IMG/VR virus record: IMGVR_UViG_3300032665_000003
DNA from: a virus
Lineage: Duplodnaviria; Heunggongvirae; Uroviricota; Caudoviricetes
Strand: one strand, 5' to 3'
Length of the DNA: 64,000 nucleotides
The notes under the pieces were generated by a model that did not search any database, was not told the DNA's origin, and saw only the letters and a list, made by a program, of their open reading frames with translations. Numbering within the stretch: position 1 is the stretch's first letter; each line of letters opens with the position of its first letter. Positions 56,352 through 63,698 of the stretch are shown in pieces. The translations under genes and the position numbers were made by a program.

Positions 56352-56657
56352 TCAGTCTACAGCATATTCGATTCTATAAACCGAACGATAGGTGAAGCTT
56401 CTCCAACCATTAGCTTGCACATCATAGACTGCAATCGAGGTGTCAGACCTCTTGCGCGGTTCCTTATTCTCCTTAATCTCTTGAGGAGGAAGGAGATCAG
56501 TTTGAAGCGTGCAATGCATCAATCGCTCGCTACCATCCTTTTTAGTAAACTTTACTGTAACCAGCTTATTATGAAGTAGTTCCTTGATAGAACTTTCAAA
56601 TACATTCCAATCAGAATCAGTCCAATCAGATTCTGGCTCAACGACTGCGATAGACAT
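56352..56657 (-). CDS. WYL_2/SH3-barrel-like protein
   Basis: VTVKFTKKDGSER.M.CTL...VYDV...GWRSF. Confidence 0.75.
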   Translation of the reverse strand: MSIAVVEPESDWTDSDWNVFESSIKELLHNKLVTVKFTKKDGSERLMHCTLQTDLLPPQEIKENKEPRKRSDTSIAVYDVQANGWRSFTYRSVYRIEYAVD

Positions 56658-56670
56658 TTGTTTTCCTTTA

Positions 56671-56898
56671 TTAGTTCTTAAGTAGATACATGACCAGATC
56701 GGGTCCGTCAAGCTTTACTGTGTCACTAGCATATTTATTGACGTTCCATGTGCGTTTTAGCCCGCTAACTCTAACCATTTTGGGGTTAAGTTTGTCAACC
56801 GTGCCGAGTCTTAGACTATTGCCATCAGGGTAGGCGATATAATCACCGACTGCCAATTGTCTACCTAGAAGATCATAATGTTTAGGTAGTTCCGCCAT
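56671..56898 (-). CDS. Small KOW/SH3-like protein
   Basis: DLLGRQL.VGD...G.V.KLNPKMVRV; paralogue of next gene. Confidence 0.65.
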   Translation of the reverse strand: MAELPKHYDLLGRQLAVGDYIAYPDGNSLRLGTVDKLNPKMVRVSGLKRTWNVNKYASDTVKLDGPDLVMYLLKN

Positions 56899-56901
56899 TT
56901 A

Positions 56902-57159
56902 TTACTTCTTCAACAAATACATAGTTAGATCGGGTCCATCGACCTTGACGACTTCTTTATATGGCCGATTGGCTTCTTCACTGCTGGGCTGATATTGTGC
57001 CCATGGCGTTCCATCGTATCGGTCATCTCTGTAGACAATTCTAACGGTTTTTGGATTAAGCTTGATAACTCTACCCAATGCCAAATTCTTAGTAGATCCG
57101 GGCGCGATAAAAATCACACTGTCATTTACTTTAAGATTCCTAAGGAGAAAGTCTTCCAT
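56902..57159 (-). CDS. Small KOW/SH3-like protein (tandem paralogue)
   Basis: G.V.KLNPK.VRI and DGPDL.MYLLK shared with 56671-56898. Confidence 0.65.
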   Translation of the reverse strand: MEDFLLRNLKVNDSVIFIAPGSTKNLALGRVIKLNPKTVRIVYRDDRYDGTPWAQYQPSSEEANRPYKEVVKVDGPDLTMYLLKK

Positions 57160-57162
57160 AGA

Positions 57163-57495
57163 TTAGCCTTTTGGTTCGATGGGTTTACGAAGACCAAGCG
57201 CCTTACGGTCCTTTTCTGACAGCTTATCCCATGCTGACTTCTTTAGTTCGTAAATTCTACGCTTTTCCTTTCGGTTATTTACTTTTGTCGCAGCAGCCTT
57301 AACTTCCTTTGACCACCATTCTCGGCACTCATCATCCCTAAGGAATAGAAAGGCGGCGTGCCCAGACTTAACCAAAGAAACCATAGACTTCATTGCGACT
57401 CTGTGGTCCCTATTATAGCGGGTCTTAGCATCAGTAACCTTAAGAAGTTCATCATAGACTTCTTGAGTGATGTGTTCTTCGGATTCTTCGCTCAC
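57163..57495 (-). CDS. Hypothetical protein
   Basis: 110-aa ORF; A..KLS..DRKALGL. Confidence 0.65.
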   Translation of the reverse strand: MSEESEEHITQEVYDELLKVTDAKTRYNRDHRVAMKSMVSLVKSGHAAFLFLRDDECREWWSKEVKAAATKVNNRKEKRRIYELKKSAWDKLSEKDRKALGLRKPIEPKG

Positions 57496-57920
57496 CGATA
57501 ACTCCTTGTCCTTGCGTTAGTAACTTTCTTTACAGGAGCCCTCTTTTTGGCACCCTGCTCATTTAGACCAAATACAGCCAGTTCTTCGGGAGTTAACTTG
57601 GCTGCGATTTCTGTACGAGCAGCAACTTCGGCGGCGCGACGGCCGGCTTCTTTTTCAAGTCGGGCAGCATTCGCGGCCTTCGCCTTATCGATTGCTGCCT
57701 GTTCAGCTTTGTACTCTTTGTACAACTTTTTAAAAGAAGGGTTGCGCTTGATCAACTGATCCAAAGTGTCTCCGCGTTCAAGAGCCTTGACCGCTGCATT
57801 GGCAATGTTTTGCATGTCTTTTAATTCCTCAGAATAGGGGTTACTCGTGATTGGATAGATGTTTTGAGTCCAGCTTTCCATCAAATCAAGGGAGGCATAG
57901 TCCCAGTCATCGTCTTCCAT
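57492..57920 (-). CDS. Hypothetical Ala/Lys-rich protein
   Basis: 142-aa ORF; AAKLTPEELAVFGL. Confidence 0.65.
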   Translation of the reverse strand: MEDDDWDYASLDLMESWTQNIYPITSNPYSEELKDMQNIANAAVKALERGDTLDQLIKRNPSFKKLYKEYKAEQAAIDKAKAANAARLEKEAGRRAAEVAARTEIAAKLTPEELAVFGLNEQGAKKRAPVKKVTNARTRSYR

Positions 57921-57922
57921 AT

Positions 57923-58396
57923 CTACTCCTTTTGCAAGCGGGCCTGAATCTCAAGATAAAACATCTGATACTTTGCCATACGAGCAATGTCCTTTTCAGA
58001 AACGCCCTTAAGACGACGAATATCAGTGTTGTGCCGAAGATCAGCCATCTTCACTCTCATAGCATCCTTATTCGCAAAGACGCATTCTTTGTACTCATCG
58101 TAGGTTTGGCCCGGAACCTTAGTAAGTGCGCGAATACCGTCGATGACACGTTCAGACATGCCTTGACTACGAAGGTCTTGGTATGTGACCGCAGTGTCTT
58201 CGATGACATCATGGCCAAGAGCAATGCATTGCAATTCTTCATCGTCCGTCTTGAGATAATGCATAACCTTCAAGGGGTGAAGAATATACGGTGCGCCGCC
58301 TTTGTCAAATTGACCTTGGTGAGCATTAGTAGCGATGACCAGCATCTTACCAAGCATTTCACCCTTCTTCAAAGTCATGACATTCTCCTTAACCAT
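57923..58396 (-). CDS. HD-domain hydrolase (SpoT/Mesh1-like small alarmone hydrolase family)
   Basis: H.GQFDKGG.PYILHP, ALGHDVIEDT, VKMADLRHN. Confidence 0.82.
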   Translation of the reverse strand: MVKENVMTLKKGEMLGKMLVIATNAHQGQFDKGGAPYILHPLKVMHYLKTDDEELQCIALGHDVIEDTAVTYQDLRSQGMSERVIDGIRALTKVPGQTYDEYKECVFANKDAMRVKMADLRHNTDIRRLKGVSEKDIARMAKYQMFYLEIQARLQKE

Positions 58397-58426
58397 AACT
58401 TACAATAGTACAGATTAAAGAGAATG

Positions 58427-58618
58427 TCAACTTGTTTCATCTATCCATTTGTTCCATACAGTATCAAACGAGTCATCTATGTTGAAACAAGTCGTCTCGT
58501 CAAATGTTTTTTGTTTGTCAAAAATAGGAATCAATTCCGCAAATAGTTCTTCTTTGATCGAAGGATTTCTAATAGTAGAAGAAATTGCCCAAATTATATC
58601 AGAAAATAAGTCATCCAT
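58427..58618 (-). CDS. Hypothetical protein
   Basis: 63-aa ORF. Confidence 0.45.
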   Translation of the reverse strand: MDDLFSDIIWAISSTIRNPSIKEELFAELIPIFDKQKTFDETTCFNIDDSFDTVWNKWIDETS

Positions 58619-58660
58619 ACATTAATAATAATGGGTTTATTAGAAAAAGTCAAGAATAAT

Positions 58661-58732
58661 GATAAATAATGTTGCGGATCACGATGTTGGCGCATCTACC
58701 CGCTCTAATGCTACGAAAGGAAACATCAGCAC
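58661..58732 (+). promoter_or_regulatory. Late promoter plus structured leader of endonuclease
   Basis: GATAAATA; GCGG/CCGC and GATG/CATC stems; CTCTAA; CATCAGCA before ATG. Confidence 0.6.
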
Positions 58733-59464
58733 ATGACTATTTATTTGTATAAGAAAACTCATAACAAAACAGGTCTACACTATTTAGGAAAAACTACACA
58801 AAATCCATATAAATATCAAGGTTCCGGAACGTATTGGAAGGATCATATTAAAATACATGGAAAAGATATTACTACTGAAATTTTACGTGAATGTCAAACA
58901 CTTGAAGAAATAAAAGAATGGGGAATGTATTATAGTACATTATGGAACATAGTCGAAGATAAAGACGAATTCGGAAAGAAGACCTGGGCGAATTTAAAAC
59001 CAGAAGCCGGTGACGGATCAACTGTAACTACCAGGCACTGGAATGACGGAAATATTACAATATTTCGAGAAACGCCACCAGACGATTCATTTAAATTAGG
59101 TAGACTTCCGTTTAACAATTTCGGTAGTGTTATTGGAGCAAATATGCAGCGAGGCAAAATTTGGATACACAACGACCACACTGAAATGATGGTTGATCCC
59201 ACATCTACTATTCCACCTGGGTTTGTGCTAGGACGGGATGGTAGCAGATGGTTCGGAAAACAACAGCCTGAAACCCACAAACAAAATGGAATTAAAAATC
59301 ATTGGAGTAAAAGGGGATATACGAGTTGGAATAAAGGAAAAAAATTAGGACCGAACAAAACAATGTGGATAAATAACGGTGAAACAAACTTAAAAATAAA
59401 AGTCGGATCACCGTTACCAATTGGGTTCAAGAAGGGTCGGTTGATGCACAATACTACTAAGTAG
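58733..59464 (+). mobile_element. Free-standing Seg-like homing endonuclease (paralogue of 38044-38706)
   Basis: MTIYLYKKTHNKTGLHYLGKT...YQGSG; WANLKPE.GDG; W(I)NNG motifs; antisense to neighbours. Confidence 0.75.
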
Positions 59465-60071
59465 GTGATCCATTACCCCAACTGTTATTGGGTGGCATAT
59501 AACCACAAGCTTCGTTTTGAGCTTGTATTCTAGCCTTCACCTCTTCAAAACTAATAGGGGCAAAGTTAGTGTGTTCCACTGATACACACAGATACCTAGG
59601 ATCAACCTCTTTTTGTTCGACTCCTTGTTCAGTAACAATCGTTCGCGTGACGATATTGCTATGGGTATGTCCATGTACGTTACACTTGAACCGATCACTG
59701 ATGCAATCCGGATGCAGAGGAATATGCGAAAACACAAATTCATCCACAAAGACTCGGTAAGCCACAATTTTATCGAAGCCAACCTCATAGTACAGCTTGT
59801 CGTCAAAGATGTCGTGGTTACCACGAATCAGACGCTTGTGACCGTTCAGACGCTTGATGTGATGCAGAGACTTCTTGTTGATGACCACATCACCTAGGTG
59901 ATACACCGTATCACTAGGGCTAACAATATTGTTCCAGCGTTCAACCATCGCTTCGTCCATTTCCTCAGTTGAGTTAAAAGGACGCAGAGGCGAACCATCA
60001 GCCTTCTTAAACTTTTCCCATGAATTGGTATGACCAAAATGGGTATCAGAAACTACGAAACGATTAGACAT
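59457..60071 (-). CDS. Calcineurin-like phosphoesterase
   Basis: SDTHFGH, YHLGD, RGNHD, SHIP, VHGHTH. Confidence 0.9.
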   Translation of the reverse strand: MSNRFVVSDTHFGHTNSWEKFKKADGSPLRPFNSTEEMDEAMVERWNNIVSPSDTVYHLGDVVINKKSLHHIKRLNGHKRLIRGNHDIFDDKLYYEVGFDKIVAYRVFVDEFVFSHIPLHPDCISDRFKCNVHGHTHSNIVTRTIVTEQGVEQKEVDPRYLCVSVEHTNFAPISFEEVKARIQAQNEACGYMPPNNSWGNGSPT

Positions 60072-60099
60072 AACTCTTCCTATTGCTATACATGTTCCT

Positions 60100-60127
60100 A
60101 TTATACGCAGTTATAGGAACATGTCAA
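60100..60127 (-). promoter_or_regulatory. sigma70-like promoter
   Basis: TTGACA-16-TATAAT. Confidence 0.65.
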
Positions 60128-60135
60128 CCCAATAA

Positions 60136-60585
60136 CTACTCTTTTAAAATCTCTATAACGCGATATTTTTCTACTAAATCGTCATACACATCATACGACA
60201 CTGCTGCTAATTCAGGGTATTTTCGATTTAACACATGGTCTGTCTTGTTAATTTTATAGCTAAAAACATAGCGTTCATCTAAGTGTGGTTCAATTCCCTG
60301 TGCAATCGCATCTTGATAAGGAATAGTCTTAGGGTATGCAGCGGCTTCGTGCTCAAACTTATACGATGTTATCAACGATACCACTCTACCATCACCATTG
60401 CAGTTTACACAAGTTTTTCTAAAAGTTTTATAGTCTCGTTTGTGATAATCTATCAGTTCTTCCGTTTCAAACGACCCGATACCATTACATTTGGTGCAAA
60501 CTGAAACTTCATTCTTTTTTGTTAGTACAAGTCTAATAGAGTCTGGTGGTGTAACTTTTTCATTCATATTGCAATTATATGACAA
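60136..60585 (-). CDS. Hypothetical protein with DnaJ-type CxxCxGxG motifs
   Basis: CTKCNGIG and CVNCNGDG. Confidence 0.65.
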   Translation of the reverse strand: MSYNCNMNEKVTPPDSIRLVLTKKNEVSVCTKCNGIGSFETEELIDYHKRDYKTFRKTCVNCNGDGRVVSLITSYKFEHEAAAYPKTIPYQDAIAQGIEPHLDERYVFSYKINKTDHVLNRKYPELAAVSYDVYDDLVEKYRVIEILKE

Positions 60586-60627
60586 TTGAAATTAATATTC
60601 AAGCAGTTTGGTTCTATAAATATTAGA

Positions 60628-61077
60628 ATGACTGACAAACTTATAACCATATCGTTCGATGAAATTTTACCAATCTGGCGAAACTATCTGTGGCCCGATA
60701 GGATTTCGACAATCGAAACTAACAGTGCAATGTGCAGAACCGGCGGATATTTAGGTTCAAATATGGAAACACCTGCAACATTCTTCGCTTACATGATAGA
60801 CGGAGAAATTGCAGGAGTCAACAGCGGTCACATGTGCAATGACAAAGAATATCGTTCTAGAGGATTATATGTATTTGAAAAGTTTCGGGGAAAGGGAATA
60901 GGTGTTGTACTGCTGAATGCTACGATTGCACAGGGTAGATCAGAAAAGGCAGTACTATGTTGGAGTTATCCCAGAGATGTTAGTTGGAAGACCTATGCTA
61001 AGTCTGGGTTTAAGTTAACCAGCGATTTTAACCCAAGCGAGACTGGTAACAACGCATATTGCGTGTACTATTATTAG
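60628..61077 (+). CDS. GNAT acetyltransferase
   Basis: YRSRGLYVFEKFRGKGIG, CWSYPR...Y.KSGF; TATAAATA 5 nt before ATG. Confidence 0.85.
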   Translation: MTDKLITISFDEILPIWRNYLWPDRISTIETNSAMCRTGGYLGSNMETPATFFAYMIDGEIAGVNSGHMCNDKEYRSRGLYVFEKFRGKGIGVVLLNATIAQGRSEKAVLCWSYPRDVSWKTYAKSGFKLTSDFNPSETGNNAYCVYYY

Positions 61078-61562
61078 TACCAATTACCTTCAGTGCGCAT
61101 ACGTCTAATAAACGTAGGATATGTGCTACAGATTCCATAGCAATTTAGCTTGACTGTACTCAACAGCCCTCTGTCATTTATTTCAGGAAGAACGACGATA
61201 CTAGAGTTATTTACGGGTACTGTTCCGAAGGTCCACAGTTGACCGCCGCTAGTGGTAACGTACGGTGGAGGATGGGTTATGTCATACCAAAAATAATTAG
61301 GATATGATTTGATCGGCTGTGTAGAAATCCATTCTTGCATTTCGACGTTTCTAGCATTGATCCAAAAACGATTACCCTTCAGATAATCAGGTGTAACTTC
61401 TGTGAGCGGTTGGTCCGTACCTAAATACAAAATACCGTTAACTCTCCAAACATCCACTGATACCGAATATCCATGGTTAAACGCCAAACCGATTTGGTTT
61501 GGTGTGTTGGCTTGATCATAATTTTGACCGTTAAAGATTCCCTGATAAGCGATTAATAACAT
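61074..61562 (-). CDS. Degenerate glycerophosphodiester-phosphodiesterase-like protein
   Basis: IAYQG...ANTP..I..A...G..V.VDVW....LYLG.D.P. Confidence 0.5.
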   Translation of the reverse strand: MLLIAYQGIFNGQNYDQANTPNQIGLAFNHGYSVSVDVWRVNGILYLGTDQPLTEVTPDYLKGNRFWINARNVEMQEWISTQPIKSYPNYFWYDITHPPPYVTTSGGQLWTFGTVPVNNSSIVVLPEINDRGLLSTVKLNCYGICSTYPTFIRRMRTEGNWY

Positions 61563-61579
61563 CTAGTATTTATGAAAAG

Positions 61580-61654
61580 TGGAGCTTCCAATCGGGATCG
61601 AACCGATTTCCACGCGTTGGCAACGCATTGTAATGACCATTATACTATGGAAGC
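61580..61654 (-). tRNA. tRNA-Gly(GCC)
   Basis: GCTTCCA/TGGAAGC acceptor, ATGCG-TTGCCAA-CGCGT anticodon arm, TTCGA, U73, CCA. Confidence 0.93.
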
Positions 61655-61658
61655 ATAT

Positions 61659-61733
61659 TGGAGCGGGTGGCCGGCAACGCTCCGGTCCTCTCTAGCTTGG
61701 AAGGCTAGGGCACATCTCCTATACCACACCCGC
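61659..61733 (-). tRNA. tRNA-Gly(TCC), non-canonical T-arm
   Basis: GCGGGTG/CACCCGC acceptor, CTAGC-CTTCCAA-GCTAG, T-loop AGCGTTG, U73, CCA. Confidence 0.8.
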
Positions 61734-61850
61734 ATAAATCTTCGAAAGTTCCCAGTCAAGTACAGGTCACTTACAACCCTCTATCCTAATAGGACCGATA
61801 CAGCAGTACCGGGCTCCACCAATTGTTTTTTACAGAAACAAGAAACTGAA

Positions 61851-61930
61851 TGGATGCGGGAGGCTGGATTTGAACCACCGATTTCCAGTTTATGAGACTG
61901 GCGAGAACGACCGGACTTCTCTACCCCGCG
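61851..61930 (-). tRNA. tRNA-Met(CAT), initiator-like acceptor
   Basis: C1xA72 mismatch, A11-U24, CCAGT-CTCATAA-ACTGG, TTCAAAT, CCA. Confidence 0.88.
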
Positions 61931-61935
61931 ACATT

Positions 61936-62035
61936 AAACTATTTAGAAGAACACACTTTCTTAATCTCAACGTCACCGGCCGATCAATGATCACCGTTTT
62001 TAGTTTTTTCGTAAGTGTGTTCATCAAAATAGTCT
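61936..62035 (-). other. Long hairpin spacer in tRNA precursor, behind late promoter GATAAATA (62048-62041)
   Basis: GAACACACTT/AAGTGTGTTC and AGACTATTT/AAATAGTTT stems; internal GATC-ATT-GATC hairpin. Confidence 0.55.
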
Positions 62036-62054
62036 AATATTATTTATCTTTTGT

Positions 62055-62507
62055 ACAGCCTGAGATTACAGCTTTAAACGAACGTCTTTGGTCATTACCG
62101 AATCCCTTGCGGGATACTCAATGTTTCTTTGCGGGTCCGGCTCCTTATGAAACCTTCTTCGCTCGAAATGCTATCTTGCCTTTCCTTGCAGGGTCAGACT
62201 CAATAACTACACGTTAACTTTCATCGTTCGTTAGTTTGGCTGCATGTCATGAGGGCGCCAACCCTCTTATCACTCACCGACTGGCTCTGTGACACATCCT
62301 TTCGGACAACACACCTAACTTATCGACTACCGCCTTTCTAGGGACGGATCCTTTCGGATTAGTTCGTGCTTGCATAGAGAGACCATTGGTGGCGCAAGTT
62401 TATAGGAAACCTTGCTTTAACCTCAATTGCTCAAGGCTATCTCATTATCGGGGCTATGCCCCCAATTCTTATTCTAAATTGTCAAAGATCGCTGATTTCT
62501 CAGCTTA
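62055..62507 (-). ncRNA. Large structured noncoding RNA, GOLLD-like
   Basis: No ORF >=60 aa over 62055-62455; many GNRA-capped hairpins on minus strand; own consensus promoter; upstream of tRNAs. Family name is recalled, not searched. Confidence 0.65.
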
Positions 62508-62513
62508 TATTTC

Positions 62514-62542
62514 ATTATATCAAAGACGCTAACGAATGTCAA
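62514..62542 (-). promoter_or_regulatory. Consensus sigma70 promoter driving the ncRNA/tRNA unit
   Basis: TTGACA-17-TATAAT. Confidence 0.88.
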
Positions 62543-62706
62543 CACCTTTTTATAGTTTTTAAATTTTTTATTGAGAACCTGTTGAAACATTTGTTTCTCT
62601 GCGCTCTCTCGATTTTGTTAGTATACTTATATGCTAGACCAAAGTCAATAACTTTTTTCAGTTATTTTAAAAAATACGAAAAGAAAGAGTAAGTCATAGA
62701 CTGTGC

Positions 62707-62948
62707 AAAAAACAGCGGGGCTCTTAAGAGCCACCCTTGTGTGCAATAGACACTTCACAATCTACAAAAACTACATATGTTCGAACAGCAAAGTGCAAAA
62801 TGTCTTTAATAGTTCGGGTCACGTAATTATGATGCCAAAAACGGAGCTGTCAAATGTAAATTTCTAATGAAACTTACGGTGTCTACTCTAATCTCTCTTT
62901 CTTTTCGGGTGGTTTTGCCCTGCAGTTCGCGCTACAAGGCATACCACC
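62707..62948 (-). ncRNA. Candidate structured 3' UTR/ncRNA ending in a terminator
   Basis: GGTGGT/ACCACC enclosing GCCTTGTAG/CTGCAGGGC; long-range AGTAGACAC/GTGTCTATT; GGCTC-TTAA-GAGCC then T6. Confidence 0.5.
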
Positions 62949-62954
62949 AAACCG

Positions 62955-63521
62955 TTAGATGATGTTCTCGGCCTGCAGAACCGCAACAGTCTTATCTGTC
63001 AGATGAATGACGTTGCGAACGTTGGATTCGAGAAGTTCATCTTGCAGCTTTTGCTTTTGCTTCTTGCATTCAGCAACAATGCTGCGGTAATTTTTTACGT
63101 CTTCGGTAGTGAGTACAGACGTTTGGACTTCGCCGGCTCGTCTATAACCGAATGCATCTTCTGCACGAGTGCGGATCTTAGCTAGCTTACCGTCGATGAC
63201 AGCTTGTTCAGCACGAACCTCAGCCTTAGCATAAGAACCGTAGAACTGAATGTCCTTTTCTAGGCGAGCGATATTTGCAAGCGTGCTATTGATATCGTAG
63301 CTGTTATTAACAGCATCAACTGACTTGCGAATCTCGTAGAGGGCATCAAGCAGAGCCGTACGACGACCGACGCTAGTACTAAAAGTAGTAGCAGCCGCTG
63401 CGATTGCAGCAATCGTGTCCTGGAACTCATTCAGCCCAACCGTGTAGTTGAAGTTTAGCCCCTTGATTGCTTCATTGATAGCAACTTGCAGTGCATTTGC
63501 CTTACGCAGTGATACCTTCAT
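62955..63521 (-). CDS. Hypothetical coiled-coil protein
   Basis: 188-aa Ala-rich ORF with GAGGA RBS. Confidence 0.8.
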   Translation of the reverse strand: MKVSLRKANALQVAINEAIKGLNFNYTVGLNEFQDTIAAIAAAATTFSTSVGRRTALLDALYEIRKSVDAVNNSYDINSTLANIARLEKDIQFYGSYAKAEVRAEQAVIDGKLAKIRTRAEDAFGYRRAGEVQTSVLTTEDVKNYRSIVAECKKQKQKLQDELLESNVRNVIHLTDKTVAVLQAENII

Positions 63522-63698
63522 TTTCTATTCCTCTGTAAATTACTTGTTCTTTATACTAAATTACTAGGTGATTGTAAAGTTTTTTGGGTAACTGCTAAAA
63601 GGAATAAATACACTGTGGTAATCAAAGAAGTTGTAGTTCTTTGAAACCCAGTCTGGAGTCCGGGCTGTCCCACAAACATACTTATCTGGAGATCACTG

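Noticed and set aside
61760-61825. tmRNA/tRNA-Ala-like 3' end (GGGCTCCACCA on plus), or a twister/theta ribozyme in the tRNA spacer
   Set aside because: No T-loop or matching 5' acceptor strand; motif order does not fit twister or HDV-like topology by hand
62456-62692. Plus-strand 78-aa ORF
   Set aside because: Low-complexity AT-rich sequence overlapping the ncRNA promoter; most likely spurious
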